A DNA stretch of 64,000 bases from Desulfurococcaceae archaeon (GTDB lineage Archaea > Thermoproteota > Thermoprotei_A > Sulfolobales > Desulfurococcaceae), in the NCBI GenBank assembly GCA_038816475.1, contig JAWBAI010000008.1, positions 1,176-65,175 on the forward strand, written 5' to 3'. Every line of letters begins with the position of its first letter. Position 1 is the first letter of the stretch. Position numbers and translations under genes: made by a program. Below are positions 1 to 10,527 of this stretch, piece by piece. The notes below the pieces were generated by a model. It was not told where the DNA came from. It did not search any database and worked only from the letters and a program-made list of their open reading frames with translations.

Positions 1-56
1 TTATCTTAGCAGAGCTTACATGCTACATAAAGGTAAAGAAAATCCCTTCACTACAC

Positions 57-623
57 GTGCTTATTCTGTTCGTGGTTTTATCGGTGTTATCCGTACTTGC
101 TCTTGTTTCAACACTCTACTACATTGACCTAGGATACGGGTACGGGTTCACTGTTCGAACCTATGAGAAAACCGGCGAGTTAATAGGACCCTACGATGTT
201 AAAAACGTAACAACCCAAGGCTTAGCGAACCTCACACTACTCTTCGAGTTCTACAGGTACTTGTACCTGTGTCCAGGTGAAACGTTCCAAGAAAACACCC
301 TAGTGTCCGTGAAGATAGAAGATCCAATCCACGTAAGAGCGTTTACAATACCCCTTGTTCAAATGAATGGTGCAAGCATCCTGAGCTACAGAGCAACATC
401 CTACTTAAAGGGAGGAACAATCAGGTGCGCGCTCTTCTCAATGTCGAACGCGATCAATACCACGTACACCATACGAGGTGTAAGCTTTTACCAGAATCCC
501 ACAGTGAGCATTATTCCACTGTTCTTCGCTTTATCACTAGCTATAATAGTAATGATCCTCGGGTTAACCCTGACTACGCTAGCTATATCCAGAAGAGTGA
601 AAAACGTGATTTCAAATAACTAG
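57..623 (+). CDS. hypothetical membrane protein (TM helix at each end, N-x-S/T-rich middle)
   Basis: 188-aa ORF with GTG start; hydrophobic N-terminus LILFVVLSVLSVLALV and C-terminal TM IIPLFFALSLAIIVMILGLTL followed by a basic tail. Confidence 0.45.
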   Translation: MLILFVVLSVLSVLALVSTLYYIDLGYGYGFTVRTYEKTGELIGPYDVKNVTTQGLANLTLLFEFYRYLYLCPGETFQENTLVSVKIEDPIHVRAFTIPLVQMNGASILSYRATSYLKGGTIRCALFSMSNAINTTYTIRGVSFYQNPTVSIIPLFFALSLAIIVMILGLTLTTLAISRRVKNVISNN

Positions 624-687
624 GAAAAACAAGGGTTAAAGTAGCAAAGCTTATTTTTTGAAAAGTCGATTTAAACCTTGAGCACCC

Positions 688-740
688 GTGATGAGGAACC
701 TATGGGACTCGACAGGATGAGAGAGGCCCCGCATAGCTGA
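688..740 (+). ncRNA. candidate C/D box sRNA
   Basis: GTGATGA (688-694), 12-nt spacer, poor D' (actc), C'-like AGGATGA (714-720), 16-nt spacer, CTGA (737-740); flanks gagcac/gtactc can pair; intergenic, 65 nt upstream of the ferredoxin ATG. Confidence 0.4.
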
Positions 741-804
741 GTACTCCTTCATTGATGCAATGCTTATATACCCAGCGGTCTTAGGATCTAATGGTGCAAG
801 CGGT

Positions 805-1047
805 ATGGCGAAGTACAGAGTTAGAATAGACCCCAGGGAGAACTGTATATCCGACATGGTTTGTGTCTCTATATGTCCAGACGTGTTCGAAATGAACCTG
901 GATGACAACAAATCTCAGATAACACCAAAGTACCGGGAAGGAGACAACATAGCTGTTGGCATAGTACCAGAGGAGCTAGCTTCCTGCGTACAGGATGCAG
1001 CGAACGCCTGCCCTGTTCAAATAATACATGTTGAGAAAATAGAGTAG
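805..1047 (+). CDS. single-cluster [4Fe-4S] ferredoxin, Pyrococcus furiosus type
   Basis: MAKYRVRIDPRENCISDMVCVSICPDVFEM...CVQDAANACPVQII; C-x2-D-x2-C...CP cluster motif plus an extra Cys pair; ATG at 805 preferred over the ORF-track start at 760. Confidence 0.8.
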   Translation: MAKYRVRIDPRENCISDMVCVSICPDVFEMNLDDNKSQITPKYREGDNIAVGIVPEELASCVQDAANACPVQIIHVEKIE

Positions 1048-1103
1048 CACCTAGTAGCCAAATACTTTGTCACCACTGTAGTTTTTGTTCCTTCTTTCTC
1101 AAC

Positions 1104-2348
1104 ATGGTTTTCTCAGGTGGTACTTTGAAGCTCGAGGAAGCTTATAAGTTAGCTGTTGAAGTGCTATCCGAGAGCATAAAGTACAAAACTGTTCTAGGAG
1201 AACAGTACGAGGAAATTGTTAACTACTATAGTGAAGTCCTAGCAAAGCACGGTGTTCATGTCACAGTACACCGTGTACCAGACGAGTACACCCGTAAGCA
1301 CCTAGCTCAACAGTTTAATCCGGATAAACCCAGGTACATACTCCTAGCTAGAGTGGGGTATGGTGAGAGAGTTCTACAGTTCAATGGCCACTACGACGTG
1401 GTTCCAGCCGGAGAAGGCTGGAGTAAACCACCCTTCGAACCAACGATCACGAATGGTAAGCTCTTCGGCAGAGGTTCAAGCGACATGAAGGGTGGTATAG
1501 CAGCGATCATTGCAACACTGGTTTACTTCGCGCAGACAAGGGAACCAGGTATAGTATTGGAAGCAGCCTTTGTTCCCGACGAGGAAATAGGTGGAACTAC
1601 GGGAACAGGATACCTTGTCAACGAGCTTGGTAGTAGACCAAACTGGGTTGTAATCGCTGAACCCTCAGGGTTAAACAACATCTACGTAGGACACAGGGGC
1701 AACGTGTGGTGCCTTGTGAAAGTGCACGGTAAGCAAGCACACGGATCTACACTGTGGCTCGGCGATAATGCATTCGAAAAAATGCTAGTGTTCGCCAGAA
1801 GATTCATTGAAGAGTACAGAGTTCTTCTCGCGAATAGGATAAGCTCGTACAAATACGAGCACCCTGAAGCGTCAAAACCCTCGATAAACCCTGGGGGTCT
1901 TCTCGTGTCACCTGGAGCTGTTAACGTGGTTCCAGGGTTTGTTGGTTTCAGTATTGATAGAAGACTGGTGGTGGAGGAGAAAGCCGACAACGTCGTAGCC
2001 GAGATAATGAGTATAGCCGAGAGGATATCACATGAAACAGGTATCAAGGTATCAGTAGATGTCCTCAGTAAATCCGACCCCGCGTATACACCCGAGGACT
2101 ATCCAATTGTAAAAACACTTGTTAAAACAATAACGCAGGTAACAGGTGTATCACCACGTACAACAATCTGCGTAGGAGGATTAGACCTAAAGTACTACAC
2201 TGCGCATGGAATACCAGCAGTAGCCTACGGTCCAGGTAAAGTCGAAGTAGCACACAAGGTAGATGAGTACATTGAGCTCGAGGATCTCAGAAGAACAGTA
2301 GAAATATACATTAACCTAGTTAAAAACCTGGAGAAGGAATCCGATTAG
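1104..2348 (+). CDS. M20-family metallopeptidase/deacylase (ArgE/DapE/LysK-like)
   Basis: 414 aa; HYDVVP and GRGSSDMKGG motifs typical of the ArgE/DapE/ACY1/CPG2 family. Confidence 0.75.
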   Translation: MVFSGGTLKLEEAYKLAVEVLSESIKYKTVLGEQYEEIVNYYSEVLAKHGVHVTVHRVPDEYTRKHLAQQFNPDKPRYILLARVGYGERVLQFNGHYDVVPAGEGWSKPPFEPTITNGKLFGRGSSDMKGGIAAIIATLVYFAQTREPGIVLEAAFVPDEEIGGTTGTGYLVNELGSRPNWVVIAEPSGLNNIYVGHRGNVWCLVKVHGKQAHGSTLWLGDNAFEKMLVFARRFIEEYRVLLANRISSYKYEHPEASKPSINPGGLLVSPGAVNVVPGFVGFSIDRRLVVEEKADNVVAEIMSIAERISHETGIKVSVDVLSKSDPAYTPEDYPIVKTLVKTITQVTGVSPRTTICVGGLDLKYYTAHGIPAVAYGPGKVEVAHKVDEYIELEDLRRTVEIYINLVKNLEKESD

Positions 2349-2454
2349 CAGGCTATGCTCCGTAAACCCAAGTTAGCTTTTAGTTTGAAGTTTAAATTCT
2401 AAGTCCTGGATCTATGTGTTACAGTGGATGCTTACGCCTCATAAGGCTGATTAA

Positions 2455-3999
2455 ATGCCCTACAGAGTGCTAATAGCCAACAGAGGAGAAATAGCAATCA
2501 GGATTGCTAAGACCGTTAGTGAAATGGGGCTCACACCTCTGGGTATTTACACGAAGGAGGATGTATACTCGCTTCACAGAAGATTTATGTTCGAGGATAG
2601 AGAGGTTTCAAGCTACCTTGACATAAAGGATATAGTTGATGTAGCAGTGGAAATGGGTGCTGACGCTGTACACCCCGGTTACGGGTTCCTAAGCGAAAAC
2701 CCCGAGTTCGCTGGGGAGGTTTTAAGAAAGGGCTTGGTTTTCGTGGGTCCATCACCGCAGATAATAGGAATGGCTGGTGATAAAACAGCAGCGAAAGTAT
2801 ACGCTGAGAAGATGGGAATACCAACTCTTCCATGGACCGAGGCTTCGAAGCCCGAAGACGTAGTAGGGTTTGCACGTGTTCACGGCTACCCGGTAATAAT
2901 AAAAGCAGCTGGTGGCGGAGGCGGCAGAGGAAGTAGAGTAGTATGGAGAGAGAAAGACGTAGAAACAGCATTCGAAGTAGCAAGAAAAGAAGCAGAGAGA
3001 GCGTTCAAGGACCCTAGGCTTTTCGTTGAACCCTACATAGTTAAAGCAAAGCACATCGAAGTGCAAGTGATAGGAGATGGTTCCACGGTTGTTCACTTAT
3101 TTGAGAGAGAGTGTAGTATTCAGAGGAAGTTCCAGAAGATCGTCGAGGAAGCTCCAAGCCCATCGCTTAATCCTGATGAACGGGGGAAAGTTCACGAGTA
3201 CGCTGTTGCATTGGCATCCGGGTTAAGATACGTAAATGCTGGAACAGTAGAGTTCGTGTTCGACGTGGATAGAAGAGAGTTCTACTTCATGGAGATAAAC
3301 ACTAGAATACAAGTGGAACACCCAGTTACCGAGATGATAACCGGAATCGACATTGTTAAGAAGCAAATTGAAGTAGCCCTTTACGGTGTACTTGACCTGC
3401 GTCAAAGTGACATCACAAGGCGTGGACATGCGATAGAAGTAAGAATATACGCTGAAAACCCATTAACAGGTGAACCCTCACCTGGTAGAATTACAAGGTA
3501 CGTGGAACCAGTTGGACCGGGAATAAGGGTGGATACCGGAGTAACCGAGGGATCCATTGTAACCGACAGGTACGATCCACTGATATCAAAGCTAATAGTG
3601 TGGGGACCGGACAGATTCGTTGCTCTACGTAGACTAGAGAAGGCGCTGAGCGAGTACATAATAGAGGGTATATCAACGAACATAAAGCAGTTAAAACTCA
3701 TGATCGCATCAGCAGAGTTCGTGAACGCATCATACACAACTGCGTTCTACGAGAAGAACGAAGCATACTTAAAGAGTAAACTCCTGGATGAGGCTACATT
3801 GCACTCGGTAATAGCTTCAGCACTACTAGAGTTCAAAGACGAGGGTTGCAAGACCTTACTCAGGAAAACACGGGGATTGAAGGAAATATTGGAAACACCT
3901 CGAGCAGAAAAGCTGAAAAGAAGTGCATGGTACTACTACGTGGTTTTAAGAGGAGCTATTGAAAGAGCAAAGCAACGTAGAATCGTGAAGAAACCCTAG
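2455..3999 (+). CDS. accC: biotin carboxylase subunit of acyl-CoA (acetyl/propionyl-CoA) carboxylase
   Basis: MPYRVLIANRGEIAIRI N-terminus, glycine loop KAAGGGGGRG, MEINTRIQVEHPVTE motif; 514 aa. Confidence 0.9.
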   Translation: MPYRVLIANRGEIAIRIAKTVSEMGLTPLGIYTKEDVYSLHRRFMFEDREVSSYLDIKDIVDVAVEMGADAVHPGYGFLSENPEFAGEVLRKGLVFVGPSPQIIGMAGDKTAAKVYAEKMGIPTLPWTEASKPEDVVGFARVHGYPVIIKAAGGGGGRGSRVVWREKDVETAFEVARKEAERAFKDPRLFVEPYIVKAKHIEVQVIGDGSTVVHLFERECSIQRKFQKIVEEAPSPSLNPDERGKVHEYAVALASGLRYVNAGTVEFVFDVDRREFYFMEINTRIQVEHPVTEMITGIDIVKKQIEVALYGVLDLRQSDITRRGHAIEVRIYAENPLTGEPSPGRITRYVEPVGPGIRVDTGVTEGSIVTDRYDPLISKLIVWGPDRFVALRRLEKALSEYIIEGISTNIKQLKLMIASAEFVNASYTTAFYEKNEAYLKSKLLDEATLHSVIASALLEFKDEGCKTLLRKTRGLKEILETPRAEKLKRSAWYYYVVLRGAIERAKQRRIVKKP

Positions 4000-4065
4000 T
4001 AGTCCCACAGAAATAACACAAGATCATGTTCTAGTAAAGAATACATGCCACCCTGTCAATACGCA

Positions 4066-4075
4066 TTTTTATAAA
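4066..4075 (+). promoter_or_regulatory. TATA-box-like element upstream of the PEP synthase gene
   Basis: tttttataaa lies 53-62 nt upstream of the ATG at 4128 in an AT-rich spacer. Confidence 0.4.
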
Positions 4076-4127
4076 CCTTTCAAAGTATACTCATGAAACT
4101 GAGTGTGTATACGGGTGTTTCAAAGAA

Positions 4128-6653
4128 ATGAGTGAAACCCCCAAGGAAAACAGGTTTGTTCTCTGGCTTGAAGAAGTTAGAAAAGAGGATACACCTCTGG
4201 TAGGTGGCAAAAACGCGAACCTCGGTGAAATGATAGCTGCAGGAATACCAGTACCACCTGGTTTCGCTGTAACAGCATACGCGTTCAAGTACTTCCTCGA
4301 GAGGACAGGTCTTGGTGAAAAGATATACGATATGCTCCGAAAACTTGATGTCAACAACACGAAAGAACTCGAGGAAACCACCAGGAAGATAAGAGAAATG
4401 ATACTGGCGGAACCTATGCCACCGGAGATCGAGGAGGATATAAAGAAACACTACAATGAGCTAGCTAGAAGACTAAACATGGATCCGAGTAACCTGAGAG
4501 TAGCTGTTAGAAGTAGTGCAACAGCAGAGGACCTACCAGAAGCAAGCTTTGCAGGTCAGCAAGATACGTACCTGAACGTGTACGGTGCTGACAAAGTTGT
4601 AGAACACGTTAAGAAGTGCTGGGCAAGCTTGTTCACAGCGAGAGCAACATTCTACAGAGTAGCTCAGGGGATACCGCACGAGAGAACATTCATGAGCGTA
4701 ACCGTACAGAAAATGGTCAATAGTAGAGCAGCCGGAGTAATGTTCACTCTACATCCGGTAACAGGCGATGAAAACGTAATCGTAATAGAGGGAAGCTGGG
4801 GTCTAGGTGAATCGGTTGTTGGAGGCAAGGTTATCCCAGATGAGTACGTTGTTGAAAGAGGATCAATGAAGATCGTTGAGAGAAGAGTGAACAGTAAGAC
4901 CTACATGATAACCTTTGAACCCAGCATAGGTAAAAATGTTCACCTGAAGTGGGATGACGAGAAGCAAACATGGGTCAGTGAAGAAGAGGTACAGGTTACA
5001 ACACCATTAGCAAAGATAGCAAAACCCGATGCGCCAGCACTAACCGATGAAGAGGTGAAAAGACTCGCTGAGCTTGGTGAGCTAATATACAGGCACTACG
5101 GTAGGCACATGGATATCGAATGGGCTATAGACTACGATCTACCATTTCCGCAGAACGTTTTCATAGTTCAAGCAAGACCCGAAACAGTCTGGAGCGTTAA
5201 AAAAGCCAAGGAGATAGAAACCAAGGAAGCCAAAGTAGCTGTAGCTACTTCGAGAAGAGCTGTAAGGCTATCAGAGGCTAAGGTACTAGTCAGAGGTTTA
5301 CCGGCAAGCCCAGGCGTCGCAGCTGGTGTTGCACGAGTTATATTCAACCCCAAGAGCCCCGAAGCCATGGAGTTCAAGGAAGGGGATATACTAATAACAA
5401 AGATGACCGACCCTGACTGGGTTCCATTAATGAAGAAAGCAGCAGCTATAGTAACAGATGAAGGTGGAATGACAAGCCACGCAGCTATTGTTAGCAGAGA
5501 GCTTGGTATACCATGCATTGTGGGAACGGGGAGTGCTACGAAGGTTATACAGACGGGAACGGAGATCACCGTTGATGCTAGCAAAGGCATAGTTTACGAG
5601 GGATACGTAGAAGACCTTGTTAAGCCCAAAGTGGAAGTATCCATCCCAGCACCGAGCGGAGTTGTAGCTGCAGTTGGTATTAGCCCAGAGCAGCTTCTAC
5701 CACTATACCCTGTTACAGCTACCAAGATATACATGAACCTTGGTGAACCGGATGCCATCGAGAAGTACAAGGATCTACCGTTCGATGGTATAGGACTAAT
5801 GAGAATAGAGTTCATAATATCGGATTGGGTAGGATACCACCCAATGTACTTGTACGAGACCGGTCAACCCGATCTCTTCGTGAACAAGCTAGCAGAGGGA
5901 ATAGCTAGAGTAGCTCAGGCCGTGTATCCAAGACCTGTTGTTGTGAGATTCAGCGATTTCAAAACAAACGAGTACAGGGGGCTAAAAGGAGGAGAGAAGT
6001 ACGAGCCGGATGAGAGAAACCCGATGATAGGATGGAGAGGAGTATCAAGGTACATACACCCAGGCTATGAACCAGGATTCAGGCTAGAAGTTAAAGCTAT
6101 AAGAAAGGTCAGAGAGGAGTTTGGCTTAACAAACGTCTGGGTAATGCTTCCATTCGTCAGAACAACATGGGAGGTTCAACGCATACTCAAGATCATGGAG
6201 GAAGAGGGACTAAGGCGTAGCAAGGACTTCAAGGTCTGGATAATGGCGGAAGTTCCCAGTGTTGCACTACTCGCAGAGGAGTTCGCGGAGCTCGTAGACG
6301 GCTTTAGTATAGGTAGCAATGACTTAACACAGCTTGTTCTCGGAGCCGACAGAGACAGCAACATACTAGCAGCCATGGGATACTTTGACGAGAGAGATCC
6401 AGCAGTGCTAAAAGCTATCAGCATGATAATAAGAGGTGCTCACAAGAAGGGTGCTACAGTCAGCATTTGTGGACAAGCTCCAAGTGTATACCCAGAGATA
6501 GTGGAGTTCCTGGTAAGAGAAGGAATAGACAGTATTAGCGTTAACCCAGACGCAGTAATTCCAACTAGAAGACTAGTAGCCAGCATCGAGAGAAAGCTGA
6601 TGCTAGAGAGATTAACCACTATAATCGAGAAGCTAAACAACATAAAACTCTAA
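4128..6653 (+). CDS. ppsA: phosphoenolpyruvate synthase (pyruvate, water dikinase)
   Basis: 841 aa; N-terminal ATP-grasp region, phosphohistidine motif [22 protein letters not shown]-terminal PEP-utilising TIM domain. Confidence 0.92.
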   Translation: MSETPKENRFVLWLEEVRKEDTPLVGGKNANLGEMIAAGIPVPPGFAVTAYAFKYFLERTGLGEKIYDMLRKLDVNNTKELEETTRKIREMILAEPMPPEIEEDIKKHYNELARRLNMDPSNLRVAVRSSATAEDLPEASFAGQQDTYLNVYGADKVVEHVKKCWASLFTARATFYRVAQGIPHERTFMSVTVQKMVNSRAAGVMFTLHPVTGDENVIVIEGSWGLGESVVGGKVIPDEYVVERGSMKIVERRVNSKTYMITFEPSIGKNVHLKWDDEKQTWVSEEEVQVTTPLAKIAKPDAPALTDEEVKRLAELGELIYRHYGRHMDIEWAIDYDLPFPQNVFIVQARPETVWSVKKAKEIETKEAKVAVATSRRAVRLSEAKVLVRGLPASPGVAAGVARVIFNPKSPEAMEFKEGDILITKMTDPDWVPLMKKAAAIVTDEGGMTSHAAIVSRELGIPCIVGTGSATKVIQTGTEITVDASKGIVYEGYVEDLVKPKVEVSIPAPSGVVAAVGISPEQLLPLYPVTATKIYMNLGEPDAIEKYKDLPFDGIGLMRIEFIISDWVGYHPMYLYETGQPDLFVNKLAEGIARVAQAVYPRPVVVRFSDFKTNEYRGLKGGEKYEPDERNPMIGWRGVSRYIHPGYEPGFRLEVKAIRKVREEFGLTNVWVMLPFVRTTWEVQRILKIMEEEGLRRSKDFKVWIMAEVPSVALLAEEFAELVDGFSIGSNDLTQLVLGADRDSNILAAMGYFDERDPAVLKAISMIIRGAHKKGATVSICGQAPSVYPEIVEFLVREGIDSISVNPDAVIPTRRLVASIERKLMLERLTTIIEKLNNIKL

Positions 6654-6702
6654 GCATAACCACACGTGTTTATGGTTAGCAACGTAGAGAGCATCACTAT
6701 CG

Positions 6703-6710
6703 TTTTTTTT
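6703..6710 (+). terminator. oligo-T terminator after ppsA
   Basis: T8 run 50 nt after the ppsA stop, preceded by a taacca...tggtta hairpin (6656-6679). Confidence 0.5.
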
Positions 6711-6909
6711 CTCAAGAATGCTCATTTGATTTCATTGCATACCTCCTACCCTTTGCACTAATTGATCCGGCGAAATCCTCGTCAATGCTGAGGATGCTAC
6801 GCTGATTGATATATATACCTGTACAAATGATCTATACAAGTATGTAACTGGCATCTGCCTGATCGATAATCTAGTTTACTCACTAGTTACCGAGCAGAGG
6901 TGTGATTGA

Positions 6910-8238
6910 ATGAAGAAGGTTGTTATCGTAGGTGCTAGTGGGAGAGACTTTCACAACTTCAACGTTGTGTTCAGGAACAACCCAGAGTACCGAGTAGTAG
7001 CTTTCCTGCAAACTCAAATTCCAGGTGTATCCGGAAGAAGGTATCCACCAAGCCTCGCAGGACCTTACTACCCTGATGGAATACCAATAGTAAGCCTGGA
7101 GATTGTGGATGAAATAGTGAAACAGTACGCTGTTGAAGAAGCAGTGTTAGCTTACAGTGATTTAACCTACGATGAGCTAGGCCACATTCTATCAAGGCTG
7201 GTAGCCCTGGGGTTGTCCTTTAGGATAATAGGTCCCAACGAAACAATGATCGAGGCGTCTAAGCCTGTTATCGCCGTTCTAGGTGTTAAAACCGGCGTTG
7301 GCAAGAGCACTGTTTCCAGGGAAGTAGCGCAAGAGTTGAGAAGACGTGGATTAAGAGTGGGCATAGTAAGACATCCCATGCCCTACGGTGATCTCGAAAA
7401 GCAGGCTATCCAGGTGTTTCACAAGCTGGAGGACTTGGACGCATACGATGTGACAATCGAAGAAAGGGAAGAGTACGAACCGTATTTGAGAGAAGGTTTC
7501 AGCGTCTACGCGGGAGTAGACTACGGAAGGATTCTGCAGATCGTTGAACGCGAGAACAACGTTATACTCTGGGATGGAGGAAACAACGACTGGCCATTCT
7601 ACAGACCTGACTTCTCGGTAGTTGTTGCTGATGCAATGAGACCAGGCATAGAGACTAGATCATATCCAGGCGAGATCAATCTCAGAAGAGCTGACGCTGT
7701 TATCATAAACAAAGCCGATCAAGCGAAGCCCGGAGCCATCGAGGAGATAAAAAAGAACATTGCATTGAGAAATCCCAAAGCGCACATTTCAGTTGCAGCT
7801 AGTGTGGTGTACATTGACAAACCAGAACTCGTGGAAGGTAAAAGAGTTGTTGTAGTCGAGGATTCACCTACAGTAACACACGGTGGTTTACCCTACGCTG
7901 CCGGCTACGTAGCTGCACGCAAGTACAATGCGGAGATCGTAGACCCGAGACCCTATGCTACAGAGTTCTTCAGGAGGATATACACTGAGTACCCCCATAT
8001 GGGTTCCGTAGTTCCAAGCACAGGGTATAGGCTTGAGCAACTCAGAGAGCTTGAAGAATTCTTGAACAGAATACCAGCAGACACAGTTGTTTTAGCAACA
8101 CCATCCGACATAACCAGGCTAATAAGACTAAATAAACCAGTTGCTAAAGTAAGCTATAAACTAGAGATAGTTGAAGGACCACGCATCAAGGACTACATCG
8201 ATATGTTCCTGGAGAAAAGCTCGAGGAAGTTGATGTAG
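6910..8238 (+). CDS. COG2403-type P-loop protein (predicted GTPase / cyclic 2,3-diphosphoglycerate synthetase-like)
   Basis: 442 aa; MKKVVIVGASGRDFHNFNVVFR N-terminus, Walker A GVKTGVGKST, RHPMPYGD and WDGGNND motifs. Confidence 0.65.
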   Translation: MKKVVIVGASGRDFHNFNVVFRNNPEYRVVAFLQTQIPGVSGRRYPPSLAGPYYPDGIPIVSLEIVDEIVKQYAVEEAVLAYSDLTYDELGHILSRLVALGLSFRIIGPNETMIEASKPVIAVLGVKTGVGKSTVSREVAQELRRRGLRVGIVRHPMPYGDLEKQAIQVFHKLEDLDAYDVTIEEREEYEPYLREGFSVYAGVDYGRILQIVERENNVILWDGGNNDWPFYRPDFSVVVADAMRPGIETRSYPGEINLRRADAVIINKADQAKPGAIEEIKKNIALRNPKAHISVAASVVYIDKPELVEGKRVVVVEDSPTVTHGGLPYAAGYVAARKYNAEIVDPRPYATEFFRRIYTEYPHMGSVVPSTGYRLEQLRELEEFLNRIPADTVVLATPSDITRLIRLNKPVAKVSYKLEIVEGPRIKDYIDMFLEKSSRKLM

Positions 8239-8294
8239 ATCAAGGATACTAAAACTTCGTCTTTAAAAGAGACCTTATCTTTTTCTAAAACCAT

Positions 8295-9869
8295 GTGGTG
8301 TTCTTCTTGAAAATAGCAGGAGAGCAGATCTACATTCCCGACTTCTCAGCTATAGTGCAAGGATCAGTAAGCAAGCTCGTGGAAGAAGGTACTGTAGTGG
8401 GTAGAGTAGTCGTACATAGAGCAATTGTGGCAATGCTCGAGCAAATGGCACATCAAGGACTAGCGGTGGGTTACGCTGGATTAGAAGAACTGAAAAAGCT
8501 GAGAGAACTCCACGAGAAAGGAAAAATGCTGCTCGAGTACGCGGGTGAGAAAACTAGAATCTCCTTCCCAGAGAACCACAATTTAGCTATCATTGAGGTG
8601 AACGCGGCTGTAAGAGACCTAGCCTATGCAACGGGGGGAGTAGTAGTAGCCGGTGATAGAGTCAACTACGAGGTGTGCAAAACCATGGGCATACCCGTGC
8701 TCTTAACCATCAAAGAGAGTAAAAGCAAACTAGAGTTTGAGAAGTACTTCGATGAAAACACAATGAGTGTTCATCTCAAGGAAAACTCTGCTCCCTTGGC
8801 CAAGGTGGGTAAACCGGGTGACTGGAGGTACATTAGGCTTGCTGATAAAAAGCTCACTAGAGGAGACATCGAGAGAATGGCTAATGAGATCATAGAGGAA
8901 GCGCGTAGAAGAAGCGACGCGTTCATAGAAATAGACAGAGCAGGGTCAACCATAGTTCAGCTAGGAGAGTACAGAGTAATCATCGTGAAACCACCTTTAA
9001 GTGATGGCTGGGAGATAACAGCTGTTAGACCAGTTAAAAGACTTAAGCTAGAGGATTACAACCTACCGTTGGAGCTGATCAAGAGGTTGAACGAGAGAGC
9101 AGAGGGCATTCTAATAGCTGGTGCTCCAGGCATGGGTAAAACCACCTTTGCGCAAGCCTTAGCTGAGTACTACATGAGAATGGGCAAAGTCGTTAAAACG
9201 ATCGAATCACCAAGAGACATGATCCTACCAGAAGAGATAACACAGTACAGCAAGCACTACGCAAGCATTGGTGAACTACACGACATACTATTACTTTCAA
9301 GACCAGACTACACGGTCTTCGACGAGATGAGAACAGACGAGGACTTCAAGCTGTACGCTGACCTAAGACTCGCTGGTATAGGCATGATAGGTGTCGTCCA
9401 CGCAACGAGCCCAATAGACGCCGTACAGAGGTTCATAGGACGAGTAGACCTGGGAATGATACCTTCCATAATCGATACAGTGATATTCATAAGGAACGGA
9501 AGAATCGAGAAAGTCTACGAGTTGAGAATGACTGTTAAATTACCAACAGGTTTAAAGGAGGCTGAACTCTCAAGACCCGTAGTCGAAGTAAGAGACTTCT
9601 TGACAGGCGAGCTCGAGTACGAGATATACACCTTCGGTGAGCAAACAGCCGTAGTCCCGGTTAAAAAGCTTAGACCTCGTCATCCAGCGTGGCAAGAGCT
9701 TGCTGAGAAAATTAGAAACGCTATTCCAGATTCCGATGTTAAAGTAAACGAAGACGGGATCATTGTTGTTTTGAGAAAAGACCTCCTTAGAACATACAGA
9801 AGAAAAATAAGCAGGTTCAGAAAGCTCTGTGAGAAGTCCGGAGCACAGTTCAGATTAGAGGTAATATAG
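8295..9869 (+). CDS. PIN domain / PilT-like ATPase / KH domain protein (COG1855 type)
   Basis: 524 aa; N-terminal PIN-like region, Walker A GAPGMGKTT, C-terminal KH-like region; GTG start. Confidence 0.7.
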   Translation: MVFFLKIAGEQIYIPDFSAIVQGSVSKLVEEGTVVGRVVVHRAIVAMLEQMAHQGLAVGYAGLEELKKLRELHEKGKMLLEYAGEKTRISFPENHNLAIIEVNAAVRDLAYATGGVVVAGDRVNYEVCKTMGIPVLLTIKESKSKLEFEKYFDENTMSVHLKENSAPLAKVGKPGDWRYIRLADKKLTRGDIERMANEIIEEARRRSDAFIEIDRAGSTIVQLGEYRVIIVKPPLSDGWEITAVRPVKRLKLEDYNLPLELIKRLNERAEGILIAGAPGMGKTTFAQALAEYYMRMGKVVKTIESPRDMILPEEITQYSKHYASIGELHDILLLSRPDYTVFDEMRTDEDFKLYADLRLAGIGMIGVVHATSPIDAVQRFIGRVDLGMIPSIIDTVIFIRNGRIEKVYELRMTVKLPTGLKEAELSRPVVEVRDFLTGELEYEIYTFGEQTAVVPVKKLRPRHPAWQELAEKIRNAIPDSDVKVNEDGIIVVLRKDLLRTYRRKISRFRKLCEKSGAQFRLEVI

Positions 9870-9957
9870 CACCGACTACTCTAATGAACACGTTTTTGAC
9901 CAAGACTAAAGCTACAATTCAATACTAGTAGATCACAGCAAGCCATAAGCGGATTTT

Positions 9958-10407
9958 CTACTGTTTTCTCTCGGGAAACTCTGTTAGCCTTCTTACACCC
10001 TTAACTATGGATACTAGTGCTTCAAGCTTAATGCTATTCTGCAGGATCTCTGGTGTTATCTTGTAAGTGCTTCCAGCATCTATGAGCCTATCTATTGGAA
10101 CAAAGAACCACTCACCTGCACCCACGATCTTCACAGCAATGAAAGCCTCACCACTAGCTCTAGATGCGAATTCCTGCAGTTTTTCAACTCTCGATTTCTC
10201 GATGTAGATTGTTCTAGGCTTGCTCATGGACTTAACCTCGGCGATAATCACTTTACCCTTGTACAATGCTACAATGTCTGGGTATACAACATGCTTCACT
10301 CTACTACCACTAGCTGGAGCTCTGATAACAGCAAAACCATGTTCCCAGAAGCGTCTAACGAGATCCCGCTCGTGGAAAAAACCCCTCCTTCTCGTAGACA
10401 TACTCAA
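9958..10407 (-). CDS. hjc: Holliday junction resolvase Hjc
   Basis: 149 aa; RRGFFHERDLVRRFWEHGFAVIRAPASG...PDIVAL...IAEVKS matches the archaeal Hjc E/D/E-x-K nuclease core. Confidence 0.88.
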   Translation of the reverse strand: MSMSTRRRGFFHERDLVRRFWEHGFAVIRAPASGSRVKHVVYPDIVALYKGKVIIAEVKSMSKPRTIYIEKSRVEKLQEFASRASGEAFIAVKIVGAGEWFFVPIDRLIDAGSTYKITPEILQNSIKLEALVSIVKGVRRLTEFPERKQ

Positions 10408-10527
10408 TCACACGTTAACCAGCAACTGCTCGCCATAATCTTCCGAGTGCTTACTTAATAAACGAGAACTGATAAAAGTATAAATTCTTCGAGTACATAC
10501 TTAGTAGAAAACGCAGGGTAACAAACC

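Noticed and set aside
760-804. N-terminal 15-codon extension of the ferredoxin ORF
   Set aside because: Pyrococcus-type ferredoxins begin at MAKY/MAWK-like sequences, and the ATG at 805 gives the expected ~80-aa protein.
651-911. 86-aa minus-strand ORF
   Set aside because: It overlaps the ferredoxin start and the C/D candidate, has no motif, and its composition looks like an antisense or intergenic read-through.
4080-4451. 123-aa and 96-aa minus-strand ORFs
   Set aside because: They are antisense shadows of the strongly supported ppsA gene. The other short antisense ORFs listed inside accC, ppsA, the ABC genes, speA, pccB, thiolase, iorA, lig and DUF2070 are rejected for the same reason.
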